A DNA stretch of 64,000 nucleotides from Octopus sinensis (Eukaryota). The translations under genes and the position numbers were made by a program. The stretch is taken from positions 144,770,001 through 144,834,000 of the forward strand of contig NC_042998.1 of NCBI RefSeq assembly GCF_006345805.1, written 5' to 3'. Positions 1 to 14,437 of the stretch are shown here, piece after piece. Every line of letters begins with the position of its first letter. Position 1 is the first letter of the stretch. The notes below the pieces were generated by a model, which was not told the origin of the DNA, made no database searches, and saw nothing but the letters and a program-made list of their open reading frames with translations.

Positions 1-200
1 CAACACTGGTTGTCAAATGGTGATGGGGGGGGGGGGACAAACACAAATGGCTTCTTTCAGTTTCTGTCTATCAAATCTACTCACATGGCTTAGGTTGGTC
101 CTAGGCTATAGTAGAAGACACTTGCTCGAAGTGTCATACAGTGGAACTGAACCCAGAACCATGTGGTTGGGAAGCAAGCTTCTTACCACACAGCTACACC
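1..200 (-). mobile_element. SINE family B head with the alternative 3' body (runs off window start)
   Basis: ctatagtagaagacacttgc...gaacccagaaccatgtggttgggaagc; further heads near 3405, 4775, 11130, 23320, 30672, 30930, 31605, 35865, 45160 and 57205. Confidence 0.75.
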
Positions 201-424
201 TGCACCTTTCTGACTAATATTAATTCTAATAAATCTAACTTGAAATTTGACAGCACAATTACATTTATTTTTTATTATGCTTTGACAATTGGAAAGGAAC
301 AATAGTAAAACAAGACCATTTATGTTGTAATGAAGGATGATAAAAATAATGTGGATAACAATGAAACTAGGTTAGAAGCTTTATTGTTGCCTAATTAGGA
401 ACAATAACATTTCTGAGTGCCACA

Positions 425-822
425 TAGGAATAGGTGTGGCTATGTGGATAAGAAGCTGGTTTCCAGACCATGTTATCTCAGGTTCAATCCCTCAGTGTGT
501 ACTCAGGGCAAGTATCTTCTACTATAAAGTCAAACTGGTCAAAACCTTATGAGTGGATTTGAAAGATGGTAACTGGAAGAAGTTAATCATATGTGTGTGT
601 GTGTGTGTGTGTGACATCCAGAAAAGGATGGTCTTTGTCATACAGGTGATGTTCAGCTCTAGTCTTCTATGAAAAATATATCTGATCAAGGGGGATATAT
701 TATCTTGCCTACAAATAGGTGAGGGTTGGTGACAAGAAGGATGTATAGCTGTAGAAAACTTATCTCCTTTAACAAATTGCAAGGAAAGAAAAGTGGATGT
801 TAAAATGATGATGATGATGATG
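425..822 (+). mobile_element. SINE family B (tRNA-like head, middle domain, RTE-like (ATG)n tail), full length
   Basis: Head gtgtggctatgtggataagaagc...ggttcaatccc; tail gtggatgttaaaatgatgatgatga. Confidence 0.78.
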
Positions 823-1269
823 AGAGGAAAACCAGAAAAGGATGATCTTAGAGGAAGCTTGCATATTGTATAGCAATATTTGATAAGATGAGAAAGAGAA
901 TTTAGAATGGTAAGAGTTTTCTCTAAATATCAGATATATATATGTAGGGTCTTGTCTTGCCACTTAGAGACCACACTAATGCCAACATGAACTAAAAAGC
1001 ACCCAGTACACTCTGTAAAATGGTTGGCATTAAGAAGAACATCCTGTCATAGAAACCATGGCAAAGCAGACATTAGAGTTTGATGCAGTCCTCTGACTCA
1101 CCATCTCCTGTTGAACTACCCAACTCATGCTACTATAAAAATTGGATGATGAGACTCATGAAACTAATGTGGAAGAAATTTAACAACTGACCATTAGACT
1201 GGTCAAGTGTTGAATTCCTACATATAAATATAATAAATATATAGAAGGAATAGCACAATGAAAATATAC

Positions 1270-1374
1270 CTTTATTAATTTATCCTGGTGTGCAATAGTT
1301 TTCTGGTTCTCAGCCAATTCATCCTTCAGTGACTCAGTTGAATCAGATAACCATTTGTCACTAGCCATCTGCTT
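1270..1374 (-). CDS. CIT: CIT exon: coiled coil (KQMASDKWLSDSTESLKDELAENQKTIAHQDKLIK)
   Basis: tttctag|AAG acceptor, AAG|gtatat donor; 105 nt, phase 0-0; overlaps ORF 1180..1368. Confidence 0.85.
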
Positions 1375-3643
1375 CTAGAAACACAAAAATAGTTGAGCCA
1401 AAGGAATAATTTGCATACATCTCATTCACACAAACATACATATATACACACACGCTGCACAAGCATAGCTGCACAGGTTAAATCAACATGGTTTTTAGTA
1501 GGATGGCAATTACAGTGACTAAATGCTCTTCCCAATAGTAAAAAATGAAGGTTTTTACAATTGTATAGCCCCTTTTTTTTTTCAAAATAAAAATAAACCA
1601 AAAAACAAAACATTGTAGAGATTGTCCTTCAATAGAAGATAATTTTTACTGTACATTCTCAATCAAAATTTACTGTCAATTTGCTTTCTTGTTTGACAAC
1701 ACAACCAAGTTGCTTTGTTAGCAGTAAGCAGTTTTTATGCTATTGATAAAACAACACACTCAACACACATATAAAAAAGTAAAAAAACAAAACAGTGTGG
1801 CATTAAATTCTTTGTGACATAAAATATATGAATAGCTGCTATATAAATTTCTATACCCAATATTAAAAGAAATTAATATAGTCATTTTTACTTTCATAGA
1901 AGGCTTGGGAAACAACTTTCAGTAAATTCAGATGCAAAGTTATCTTCTAATTTCCTACCATTACTAAACTTAAAAGTGCTCTTCTCTACTTTTTTTTGTG
2001 GTTCACTGCTAGTTTAACAGTTTCGTATAAGCAGAGTGATCTGAAATGTTTGGAGCCACTTAAATATTCCAACAGTTTTTCACATAAATGCTGTATACAT
2101 ATATGTATATACGCTTTTTGGTTTTGTTTTGTGTTCTTTGAACATGATGTTTTTATAGTTATATACATAGCCTAATGACAAAACATCAGAGCTAAGGTAG
2201 TGAGATTTGCTTTCAGCAAATGCAAATATCATTCAACAGCCTGCTGCTGAGAAAACAACAACAAAGTGATGTTTAAAAATAGCTGCTGTCCTCTTTTGAT
2301 TAATATTTCTTTAAAAAAAAAATACTAACAATCAAAAGGAGATGCTAAGGCTATAGAAGTATGGTGGTTGTGAATTCATGATGCAAAAATTTTCAACCAC
2401 ATAAACCATAGGTTTAAACATTGATATTATCTTTAATGGAAGGGTGAGCTTGTCTGTATTGGTATTCTAAGTACTAGAAAGTTATTGAATCAGTTCAAGC
2501 CATTAGGCAAAAGCTGAAGTCCCAGTTGACTCAAGAAGGCCCATCCTCCACAGCAGAATTGATAGACATTTCCCTGGTGAAGAGGATTGGCCTGCAAGAG
2601 TCCTGTGCCAGTGACATGTAAAAAAAACACTCGTGTTGGTGCCACATAAATGTGCCAGTGCCATGTTAAAAGCACCTAGCACACACTGTTGGCATTAGGA
2701 AAGGCATCCAGCTGTAGAAACCAAGCCAAATCAGATTGGAACCTAGTGCAGCTTGCCAGTTCAGGTCAATCTGTCCAGCCCATGCCAGCATGGAAAACTG
2801 GAATTAAAAGATGATGATGATGATATATGGTTCAAATATTCTGCTTTATGTTCAAAACTGGCCAGACCTGACCTCTCATGCCTACCCTACAATTGAAATT
2901 CCAAGTATCAGAAATTTATAATCAGTTCAAGCAAATAGGTGAAACTTGAAGTCCCAGTCCACTTGAATTTTACAATGAAATCAAATCTATATACCAGACC
3001 ATTTTGCTTTCATGACTACTTTGGTGATTAATGAAGAGAAATCATGTCTTCATTCAAGAAGCAAGTCCAAGATACTGCAATCAATTCAACAAGTTTCTTA
3101 TTCTATAATCATTTCTGTTGTGGAATAAAATTTCATAATACAGGTACTACTACTGGTTTTCTTGGAAGTGATGATCTGGCACACGTTTTAATCTGGACAT
3201 AATTACGTGAAAACACTTAAATGTTTTGTGACCATTATCAATAACATTTCCACTACCAAGTCTTCATAGCATTCCCCTGTTTATTCATTAGTAACCTGTC
3301 ATGAAGACAAAATACTCTCACTACATCTGACTATAATAATATAAAGATGTAAATGCTTAAAGCTGAATCTAACACCATGTGCTAATGTTATATACATACA
3401 TATATATATGATGAGCTGCTTTCAATTTCTGTCAACAAAATCCACTTACAAGGCCTTGGTGAGCCCAGGACTGTTGTAGAAGACACTTACCCAAGGTATC
3501 ATGCTGTGGGATTGAACTGAAAACCATGTGGTTGGGAAGCAAACTTCTCAACTGCACAGCCGTGCCTGCACACACACATTCTAGACAGTTTGGTATATAT
3601 TTCCAATGTATATAAAAATAAATCAATAACATTTGCAGCTTAC

Positions 3644-3718
3644 TTTCAGCTGTTCATCAAGCTTTTTCTCCAAATGTATCCTCAGTTTATTCTCATCTTC
3701 ATATTTCTTGCTCATGTC
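3644..3718 (-). CDS. CIT: CIT exon: coiled coil (DMSKKYEDENKLRIHLEKKLDEQLK)
   Basis: ttttcattatag|GAC acceptor, AAA|gtaagc donor; 75 nt, phase 0-0. Confidence 0.85.
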
Positions 3719-6625
3719 CTATAATGAAAAAAAAAATAATAATAAAGATTTATTGAGAAGACACCACTGATCTCACAAGTAGCCCTCACCACCATCATAA
3801 GTTGCTAATCCTGGTTTGATTTAAAACTTTCTGTTTGCATTAGTACCTTCCCCTCCAAACCTTTTCTCTTTCTAAATCACAACTACCTTTATTATGATCT
3901 GATCAAATTTCATATCCTTTGCTTGTGACATGACATTGGTTTCATAAAATAGCATTTGGTTTTTGAGAGAGAGAGAGAAACAGGCAGGTATTTTGTGAGA
4001 GTTTAAGACAACAAACATGTTTGTGAGAAATGTATTTGATGTAATCCTTCATAACTCAAATGAGACATCAGAAGATTACTGCCAGTACAAATACACTGCT
4101 CTATGTAGGCGATTCTAGTAAATTTTTGTTACATGCATTATTTATTGTGTTTCTAAAATATTTTCCTATATGAATTTTACATTTCTGTATTATTTTTTTC
4201 TTCTTTAAATTTTATGCATCCCTCATAAACATGGTTTAGATAATATTCCCCCACCCCAACAAATGTGATTAATTCTACAAATTATCAGAAAAGCAGGTGT
4301 TTTTATAACTGATGCTCTACTTAACATCCAACAATGCAATTACAAAGAAGGCTCTTAATTTAACCCATTTTGTACTTTTAAAGATGACTATGCTAGAAAT
4401 ATCATCAAGATATCATCTGTATCAAAGTGAGATAAAGAGTGCACGCACATGCATATAATGTAATTAGGTTTCATAATCTTAATCTTTCTTTTATCAAGTG
4501 CTGCATTTTTTACAACAGGAAGTGTTGACTATTAATTAGTTCATCATTACACAAGGTGCAAATTACAGTTAATCTTATATCTGAACAGATATTGATTACA
4601 TAATACATGTAGCAGACAGGGCATAGTCAAACAATTCAGTTTTTTATTGTAGTATCTTGCTTTCTGAGTTCAAATCCCATCACAGCCATTTTTACCTTTC
4701 CTCATCATCATCATCTACCATCCAGTTTTCCTGATTGCATTAGATGGAGTTTGTTCAAATAAAGGTTTCAACACTTGGATACCTTTAGGTAAATGTCTTG
4801 CTACAGTCCCAGGCCAACAAAAGTCATGTGAGTGGATTGGTATGCAGAAATTGAAAGAAGCCTGTCATGTGTGTGTGTCTGTGTGTGCCCGTTCTTGTAT
4901 TGAAGTTTTGTGATAACTGTAAATCAACATCACCATCATAGAAGCAGCTTCCTTTGGTCCTAATCTTCAGTGGAAATATGTCCAGCTAGAGAGAAATATT
5001 ACTTTACTTGCAAAGAAGGGAGAGTCAGTGACAGGAAGGGCATCTGGCCACAGAAAAATCTGTCTGACCCATACGAACATAGAAATGTGGACAGTAAAAC
5101 AATGATGATAATTTTCATTCTCAGACAAAGGGAGAATGCTTGAATCATTAGATTCTCCACTCCTTACAGATGTCAACTTACCAAACTCTCTTATAGACTA
5201 ATTTTTGTCAACAAAGGCCATCTACAGTTTTCTCAGATACCTGGTTTTGCAATAGGACTACAGTATCCATTGGATTCTTCCTTTCTTAAGAGAATAGGGT
5301 GTGACTGGAGGGAAGTTCGGTTGCTGTTTCTAGCAGATCAGATTGAAAAGATATCCAGCTTATGGTCTAAGTTGGTTGTTTTTTTTATGGCCAAACAAAG
5401 CACTACAGGCACACCAGAATAGGCTTATGTGTAACAGCAGCTGTCCCAGCAAAGGCAGGTAGTATCAGATGATTTCTGTAAAATTGAAATTCCATTTACA
5501 TCTAGGATGCTTTATCATCATTATTATTTAAAGCTCCTTTCTCCATACTGGAATGGGTTGGTGTATTATAGGAGTATTAAAATCAATCCCTGTACATGAC
5601 TGGTACTTTACAACCCCAGAAGAGAATGAAAGATAAAGTTGACATTGGCAGCATTTGAACATAGTACATAAAGAACCATTGCAAAATATTGGCATTCTGC
5701 CAATACACTACTTATAATTAATTATCAACTCATAATTAAAAAAAATTATTATATCTTTATTGATATAAATTTTCTTTAAACTGATTGTGTTTGCCAACAG
5801 TTCTTAGTTCCTGAAAACTTAGACACTCAAATGAAAATGTAGAATCAAATATTTTAATACTTCCTTAATGGCACTTAAACTTATGAGGTTTTCCTGTCCA
5901 ATAAATGCAACTCTTTTGTCATTATTACCTATTTAGAAAATAAGATTTCAAAAACACTTCTCGAGTAGATACTTTATATTTTCCTCAGTATAAACAGTTT
6001 TTAAAATCACTCTAAAATGATTTTACGATCTTTGATCTTATTAAAGTGATATTTTTCATTCAGTTAATCAATTATCCATTATATAATGGCAGTAATATCT
6101 CACATCATAGTGTGTGTGTGTGTGTGGGGGGGGTTAGATATTTTTCAGAAAGCAGTTTTGCTGTTGATATTTAAAAAGGAAAAAAGGAAAAGAAAAGTGA
6201 AAAAAATGCACTTGGCTTCATTTACCAAACTAGACAATAAATACCATTTGAATCTATGATTTATGATTATGGCACAAAGTACTTTCACAACCACGTATAT
6301 CTATGAGTTGAAAAATGGAAAACAACAAAGAAATGAAAGAAAAAAAAATGCAAAATTGATTTCTGAGTGTTACTTATCCATATTTACAACAGCACATTCT
6401 ATCTTGTTACACTTCCAACCCCCATCTCCAAAAGCTCAGTGATAATCATGATGTCTAGCTGGGAGAAAACCTCTACTCTGAATTATCTTCTCTAAAGCTT
6501 ATCCAATGTTACCTCAATTGTGAAATCAACACCAGTTTATTTTACAACTGTACAGTATTCATTTGAAATATAACTAGACATTATGTTGGTTTCACATTAT
6601 ATTATAACAGGAAGATAAATTTTAA

Positions 6626-6840
6626 CCCTTTTAGTACTCTAGCCAAGACTACCTTGGATCCTATGATGCAAAGTTCTTGTTTTAAAGTGTTCCAAGTTAA
6701 AACCTTCCTCCAAAATTTCATATTAATTTCTGTTCAAACACCAGTTTAATATGGCAAAGTTATTTTTACTAAATTTATTATTTTCAAAATTAATTAAAAC
6801 AAAGGCAGTCTATTTCAACAGAAATACATTAACAAAAGCA
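6626..6840 (-). mobile_element. piggyBac-type MITE family 1
   Basis: TTAA flanks; reverse complement of the 33640 copy. Further partial copies near 12540..12741 and 40572..40722. Confidence 0.75.
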
Positions 6841-7791
6841 TTAAAACACTAATGAGAAATGTTCTCAATCCACTTTTGTAAGCTTGCATGGTTGGGAAGT
6901 CCATTTGTAGAAGTATTTTTACAACTACATACCCTTTTTGCTACACAATCATGAAGGAATAGTGGAGATTATTTTTGTTCAATTAGAGAAACAGGATTTG
7001 TGACTTACAAAAAAAACGTACATCACAAAGAACTGTAGTATGACCTGGATTTGCAATTGTGTTCACCTGTATCCCTATCTTTATGATTCTATCACTCCCT
7101 TTCCACACACACTCATGAACCTACCTATCTAGCCATCCACAATTCTCTGTTCCCATTCTCTCTTGTACCTTGAGGGTATGCTCTGATGCCTCATCTTCAC
7201 CATCCTTATTCCTTTTACTGCTGGGGTAGCCATGTATTTCCTCAACAGCAAGATACCCGTTCTTGTCCTTCTATCATACTGTAGTCTTTCAACACCTAAC
7301 ACAAAGCCACCTCCCTTAATACTGCATCCCAATTTTTTTTGAGGGGTTTTGTTTTGTGGAGTTGTAAGATAAAAGAAAATTCTAATAATCAGCAGTAATT
7401 TACAGCAAAAATTTCAAGATGTCAGAGGACCAATGGAACCCATGCTTTAATGGCCTCCACTTCCTGTAGCTAGCTGGTGTTGTACCACCACCACTCAGGC
7501 ACTCCTCACCCACTCATCTCTCCATCTCTCATCACCCTTAGTGTATCAATTCCTGCATCAACCAATGTTTCCAATCATTCTTCTCCAGTACATCATTCCA
7601 CTGGAATCTCCTAGCTCATGTGTTTCTTGCAAGTATTGACCCACCGTAGTTTAAACAGAACATTAAAAAATATGCTCAATAAGTAGTACTGATCAGTTTA
7701 ATACTGGTTTACAGGTAGAGCAGATTTACAAATTGCACTGAGTAAAGTAAGATTTAATAACTTAAGAGAAAAATGAAAAACACTAGCTTAC

Positions 7792-7878
7792 CTCAGCAAG
7801 TTTCTCTGCTTTATTTAGAAGCTTACCATCATGACAGATGTGGCATTTTGACGTTTTAGCATTCTGATGATTCAAGTC
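7792..7878 (-). CDS. CIT: CIT exon (DLNHQNAKTSKCHICHDGKLLNKAEKLAE)
   Basis: ttcttccag|GAC acceptor, GAG|gtaagc donor; 87 nt, phase 0-0, open. Confidence 0.75.
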
Positions 7879-8989
7879 CTGGAAGAATAAGCCATAATAT
7901 ATTGTTTAATAACACAATTTAAACCCAATGCTAAACTCAAATTCCTGATTTCAGATGAACCTACAGTTGTTTACACAAAAAAGACTTTGTTACTAAGATA
8001 TATACACTTGGTATGCTTTCAAGAGATCAACTTTTAAACAGATGTTATGTTATATATGAAGAATACAATGCAACTAAATATTATATTGAGTACTGGTGGA
8101 ATGAGGTGGTAGAGAGAACAGATTATAAGAATGAGATTAGAGCAGTTAGAATTTGCAAAAAATTGAGATTAATATTTAGTAGGAAACATATGGAAGCGAG
8201 ATGTTAGAATGAAAGACTGTGCAATATTTGGTGTACGACTTACAACTGTAACACAAACCAAAAACCCCAAGTGTTTCACTTGTTGCAATAGAAAGAAAGT
8301 ACTTAGCCTAGAACATGATGATGGTCAAGAAAGCAAAAGACCAAAAGCTCTTTTGCCTCCAAAATTACAGCTAAACTTTCTATTCCTCTTCCAAGTTAGA
8401 TACTTATACTAATTTCCAAAAACTTCTATTTAATATCCACCACCTATGATAATTCTGAAAGTTACACTTTAAAAATCAATATGTTTTTGATTCCAATTGC
8501 AGACTTCACACAATAGAACCCCTTCCCAAACATTCTTCATTCCATCAATTTACTGTGGAAATATTCTCAGTTCCACCAAAATGCAAAGATAGCTGATTCT
8601 GACAATGTTCCTTCTGCTACACAATTTTAGGACACTCTCTTAGATTATATATATATATATATATATACCAGCGGTTTCTCAGATTGAAAACATTAGGAAA
8701 GGCAACATTGGCCTTAAGATCAGGTGAGCCTTCAACTATATCTGCTGTGAGAATTTCCTAAGTTAATATCTAGGGACACAACACATCTCTAATGTCTTAG
8801 ATCAGAAGTCTCCTGCCAGACTATTCAACTGTAGCATATCTTCCCTAGCAACAACCCTCTGGGATTCTATTCCTTTTAGTGTTTTCACTGTGGGCATCAA
8901 CTTAGAAAAATTTAGGCCAAACATTAATTTCATTGATCCTACAAATGTGGCCTGTACTGATCATGATCACCACTTCTTATAAAAAAAAA

Positions 8990-9177
8990 TCTTTCTAATC
9001 TTGGCATAAGACATGCAAGTTGATTACATTGACCTTAGTGCTCAACTGGTGCTTATTTAATTCATCTTGAAAGGATAAAAAGCAAAGTTGACTGGTGGAA
9101 TTTGAACTCAGGAAGTGAAGAGCAGGAAGAAATGCTGCTAAGCATTTTGTCTGATGTACTGCCAACTTACTACCTTA
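8990..9177 (-). mobile_element. SINE family A
   Basis: Consensus motifs as above. Confidence 0.7.
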
Positions 9178-11161
9178 TTTCTTGCACAAATTAATAAAAA
9201 CAAACAAAAACAATGTTTCAAGCAAAAGGAATTAAGAGCACAATTTTAAACAGATCAGAGCATAGATACAATAAAGAACAAAGTTATTGAAGCAATGGTG
9301 AAATTGCAGTAGGAAAATGGGTAGTAAGTTTTTGGTGGTGTTTTTTTTTCTATCCAATACAGTATAGGCTGTTGATGTTCAAAGAAGGTACACATCACAA
9401 AGCTGATTTTGTTACTCCACAGCAATGAATTTGGGTATTGTAATAACAATTACTTCTTGGTTTCAGAAAACATGTCCTTGTAGTTTTGGAAATGGTACCA
9501 GGAATAGTTGCTATAGATGGTAAATCACAGAATGTATAAAATTTGGCTGTCTTGAAGTTAGAATATATTAGCAGAAAGTGGAGGTGTAGGGTCAAGCTTT
9601 CTGAAATAACGCTCATGTATGGGTTTCGATAATTGAATTACCAGTGGTAAAAAAAATATGGTGAAGGGTTGCAGTTATAAGTTTGAGATAGGAGATACTT
9701 AAATTAGCAGTGGACAAGGTGTAAAGAAGATTGTAGAATGACAAGTACACTACAATTTTGATTATGTACTGTTGGTAATTGCAATATATGAAAGAGACCC
9801 AGAAATTATTTCCAAGTATCACAGAATTCTATCAAAAGATTGTCCTGTCACAGTTTATCAAAAGATTTCCAAATATTATCATCGGTTTCTATAACTTGGT
9901 AGGTTTTAAGATCAGTTATGTCCCACATGGAAATGTGCTGACTCTGGCCTTTAGGTGCATGTATTGAATTTTAATTAGGCAGAAAAAAATATTCAGGTAT
10001 TTATACTGATATGATGAAGGCACATACCCTATGGCTAGGGTGATGCACTGACAATCACAAGATCATATTTCGATTTTTGAGCAAAACACTTCATTCTATG
10101 TTGCTCCAGTCCACTCAACCGTATTGAGTAACCCTGTGACAGACAAGGGGAATGTCATGACCTGTCATTTATACACCATGGAAACCTGGTAACCAGTCCT
10201 AGGAATCTCAAGACAGCATGTACTGACATACTGATATGAGAATAAATAGGTTTAATCAGTGAAAGCAGTGGGACCTACAGTTTTGAGAAAGAGTTGAGGT
10301 TACCCTAACCCTGGACAGATTTTCATCTTAATTAAAACCTAAAGTTATGTACCTGTAGTACATATACTACAATATTGATTAAAATTAGTGATAGTAGAAG
10401 CCATTTGTCAGTAGTTTTCAGATTAGGAAGCATTCTGAATTCAAAACATCATAGAATCAATGTGAGAAGAAGAATGCGAAAGAATTGTTAATATTTGATA
10501 GTAAAGCAGGAAGCATAACTTACTGGCTTTGGTAGCAAGATATTGGAGATCAAATCATTTTGATTAAGATAGGAAAGGAAGGAGATGACAGAAGAACATG
10601 GTAGCCATTTTGAAAGAAAAATCAACATTTTAGCTGTGTGCTGAATAAAAGCCCTTTTGCCACCCAAACAGTTGCTATGAGGTGGTTGCAATTGATGATA
10701 CAATATTGACATTTTGATAACAACATATATCATTTTGAAAGTTTCAAAAGTTGTTCTTGTAAAGCAAAATTCTTATGCCAAAATATTCTTTCATAAGGAA
10801 CACAAAAAGCAAAAATCATTCATTCCTTCATTTCATTTAAAAGGCTGTCTTTCCATCTGTGATAACATGGCTAAAATGGAAGGTAACTGAGACAGGATTT
10901 TGATGGCTACATGCTCTTCTTGTTACCAATTCTTACCTGTTATTTCAAGTAATGAATTTTTTTTTCTTTTTATTTTCCAAAAAACTCATATGTATGAAGC
11001 TAGTGAAAGAGTTAACAGGAAATGCCAACAAACACCACCAGTTGCTATTTGGCCACGGACAGTGACACAACCATTTGTGGCTGACATGCCAACATTGACA
11101 TCATCAATGATAGCCATAGTTCAGAATAAGGTGTCAACATTCATAAGTAAAGACACACACG

Positions 11162-11162
<1 letters not shown>

Positions 11163-11197
<35 letters not shown>
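11163..11197. repeat. (CA)n microsatellite
   Basis: Direct reading. Confidence 0.95.
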
Positions 11198-11198
<1 letters not shown>

Positions 11199-11453
11199 CT
11201 ATATAACAAGCATCTTTGCAGTTTCCATAAACCAAATCTCATCACAAGGAATTGGTTAACTTGGGGCTATAGTAGAAGATACATACTCAAGGTGCTGTGC
11301 AGAGGCATTGAACCTGAAGCCATGTAGTTGAAAAGTGGAAGCCCACTTGCAGAAATAGCACAATGGAAGGAAAAAAAAAACCCATTTTGCAAATTTCTAC
11401 CAGAGCAATGCCATTTAAAAGGCAATAAAAAGGTAATATAACCAGAAACATAC

Positions 11454-11579
11454 ATCGATTCGGCCTTGTAAACGTTTAATCTCATCATCCTTAATTAGCA
11501 TTTGATGTCTCCAGCTATCTTCCAAGTTTTTGATCCGCTTATTTTCCCAACGTTGCTCATCCATGGATTTTTTCCTTTC
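11454..11579 (-). CDS. CIT: CIT exon: coiled coil (ERKKSMDEQRWENKRIKNLEDSWRHQMLIKDDEIKRLQGRID)
   Basis: aatgtag|GAA acceptor, GAT|gtatgt donor; 126 nt, phase 0-0; open and charged/helical. Confidence 0.85.
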
Positions 11580-11742
11580 CTACATTTTCAACAGATCGCA
11601 GTAACAAAGCAAAAAGTATTGTATTCATGCAACAAAAAAAATATCAAATTTTATACATGAGGACCAAAGAGTCAAACTGCCATCACAGAAATCCACCCCA
11701 CCAACAAAAATTCTACTAGCTTTCAATTAAAAAAAAAAAAAT

Positions 11743-11925
11743 CTTTTCTACTATTGGCACAAGGCCTGAAATTTTGGGGAAGGGGTTAGTTGATTACATC
11801 ACCCTCAATAGTCAGGTGGTACTTATTTTATTGACTGTGGAATTTAAACTTAGAACATAAAGATGGATGAAATGCCCTAAAGTATTTTGTCTAGGATGCT
11901 AACAAGTTTTCCAGCTCACCACCTT
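11743..11925 (-). mobile_element. SINE family A
   Basis: ggcacaaggcctgaaatt...atttaaacttagaac...ccagctcaccacctta. Confidence 0.75.
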
Positions 11926-12066
11926 AATAATAATAATTGTTATCAAAACTATTTTACAGAACTAAGTTGAAAGACAGATGATCCAAAATTGAAATGACAA
12001 TAATTTAGCTACAATGTTTCAATGTTTTATCACTTTCTCAGGATTTATCAATCCCTTTTTACCTTT

Positions 12067-12071
<5 letters not shown>

Positions 12072-12157
<86 letters not shown>

Positions 12158-12168
12158 AGAGAGGAGAT
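12072..12168. repeat. Compound (TA)n(GA)n microsatellite
   Basis: Direct reading. Confidence 0.95.
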
Positions 12169-13889
12169 ATGATATATATATATCTTTTTTTAATTTTATA
12201 TTTTTTATGACAAAGTTTAATTAATCTGAATTGTGAATCATTATCATATGTGTTTCTGTGTATTTATGTATACATATGAGGTTATCTCATTTAGTTGAGG
12301 ACATGTATTTCATTTTCTAGTTTTCTTCTGAGACAAATTTCAGTTATTTCATTCTGTTTTACCTTTATGGTAGACCTATCTTATGTGCATTATGTTCAAC
12401 TGATAGTACAGTAATCTGCACAATTCTTCCCTTTTATAAAAATTTCATTGTATATTCATTGAATATTAGCTAATAACTCATTTTCTATACCAATGTTTAA
12501 ACAAAATTTTATGTAGTTTTATATTTTGTTGAATTTACCAGTATTTACTTGTGATTAGATTTGCTTCAAAACAAATTATGAAACAGATTTGGTTAAGAAC
12601 CTTTTGTTAAATTGTGTTCTAAACATCACAATATGTTGATTAATAAAAAGTTATTGCTTTATTAAACCAGTGATTTGTGATTATTTTAGAATTGAAATGC
12701 AGAAGAGGTATATTTTGGTTAGAAATATTGTAATGAAAGGGCTAAGTGGGGTTTTTTTTGCCAGTAACATAGGAAGTTCTAAAGCTCTAGTCCACGAGTC
12801 CTTATTTGTTGATTACTATACTTGAAACTATATAAACATACAATCTAATCAAACTACACATCAAATTACTAGAAAAGTTGCATTCCAGTAGAAGTGATGT
12901 GGAGCATCATTTATATTGAATATAAATTGGGATCACCTGATAAGTTAGGGGGTGGATAGAATCATGTAAACAAACATAAGCAATTTTAAGGAAAAAGAAA
13001 ATATGATTTATACATAAGATAAACAAAAACAACAATAACAATCCACACCAAATTTGGAATACATCCATTACAGCTATAAAAAAGAAAAAAAATTTTGTTT
13101 TTACATCCTGAAATTAAAAATGTAAATTGATTTTATACATTATATTTAAAGTTTAATCTTAACTGCAGAACTTAGAACTCAATTTTTGTGTGTGCATCTG
13201 TGTGTGATTAAAAATAATCTTGAAAAGTAAATCAATAAAACAGATTAATCGAGGGCTAAATATAATGAGTTTCCTAATTTAAAATCTAATATCATATACT
13301 ACTCTTGAAAAAAAAAGAAAGAAAAAAAAACAAACTAGGAATGTTAAATGATTGTCTCTACTTATTTATATCCTTTTATTTTTTAAAAGCTTAATATTTT
13401 GTCTGTAGTAGGAGCCAAAGACTGAGAATGAAGTTTAAATGATCACCAACATATATATATCATGGTGCCAGAGACTAACAAGAAACTGAAAAAAAAAGTT
13501 TGAAAAAAAAATGGGGAGGGGAGGCAGAAACAAGAAAAGGAAAAAAAGTATGAGAGAGAGAGGGGGGGGAGAGAGAAACTGTTATCTAGCTTCATTTCAG
13601 CTTCATTCATACACACTGTTTGCAAATATGTTGGTTTGTTGTCAGCCTTGGTACTGATGTGAAAATGCTGGTATGAATGTAGCACAAGACCAAGCATACA
13701 CGTGAATGTAAACCCACAAATACCACATGCATTCTTTTCCATATATATGGTTGCTTGCATGCATGCAAACATACATACATACATTTACATAGGTTTGGTG
13801 TTTTATAATTCTGAACGCCTGAATATGTGTAATCAAGAAGATGCATTTTCTCATTGCCTACTGTCAACAGCTATTGCAATCTTCCTTTG

Positions 13890-14300
13890 CAGTTCATCAT
13901 CATTGTTCTAACATCCACTTTTCCATACTCGTATGGGTTGGAAAGAATTTGTTAAGGCAGATTTTCCAAAGCCAGATGCCTTTCCTTTCACCAACCCTCA
14001 CTTGTTTCAAAATAAGGTATTTTTTCCTGTAGCTGGACATGTTTTCACAGAAGCTTGAAAACTAAGGACACCACTTGTATGACAGTGACACTTGTTGATG
14101 TCAAGACAAAGGAACACCAACTCAAACACATACACAAGACAATTTTCTTTCAGTTTCTGTCTACCAAATTCACTCACGTAACTTTGGTCAGCTGAGGATA
14201 TAATAGAAGACACTTACCTAAGGTGTCATTCAGAGGAATTGAATTCAGAATGAAATGGTTGGAAAGCAAGCTTCTCAACTACACAATCACACCTGTGCCT
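13890..14300 (-). mobile_element. SINE family B, full length
   Basis: Reverse complement of 425..822. Confidence 0.78.
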
Positions 14301-14437
14301 TATAATAAAAAAGTAGTCTACTACAATGGCAGAGGTTTATAATTGTGTGTACCTAAATGGTATCTTTGAATCAGAAAACACAAAATGAAAAGGAAAAGCA
14401 TCTATGGTTTGGTAATCCATGGAAAACATGCCATAAG

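Noticed and set aside
5182-5290. Possible extra coiled-coil exon ending at a gtaagt donor
   Set aside because: In-frame stops in the required phase 0.
9280-9620. Possible L2/CR1 relic on the minus strand (QYPNSLLWS...)
   Set aside because: Similarity is too weak to support by eye.
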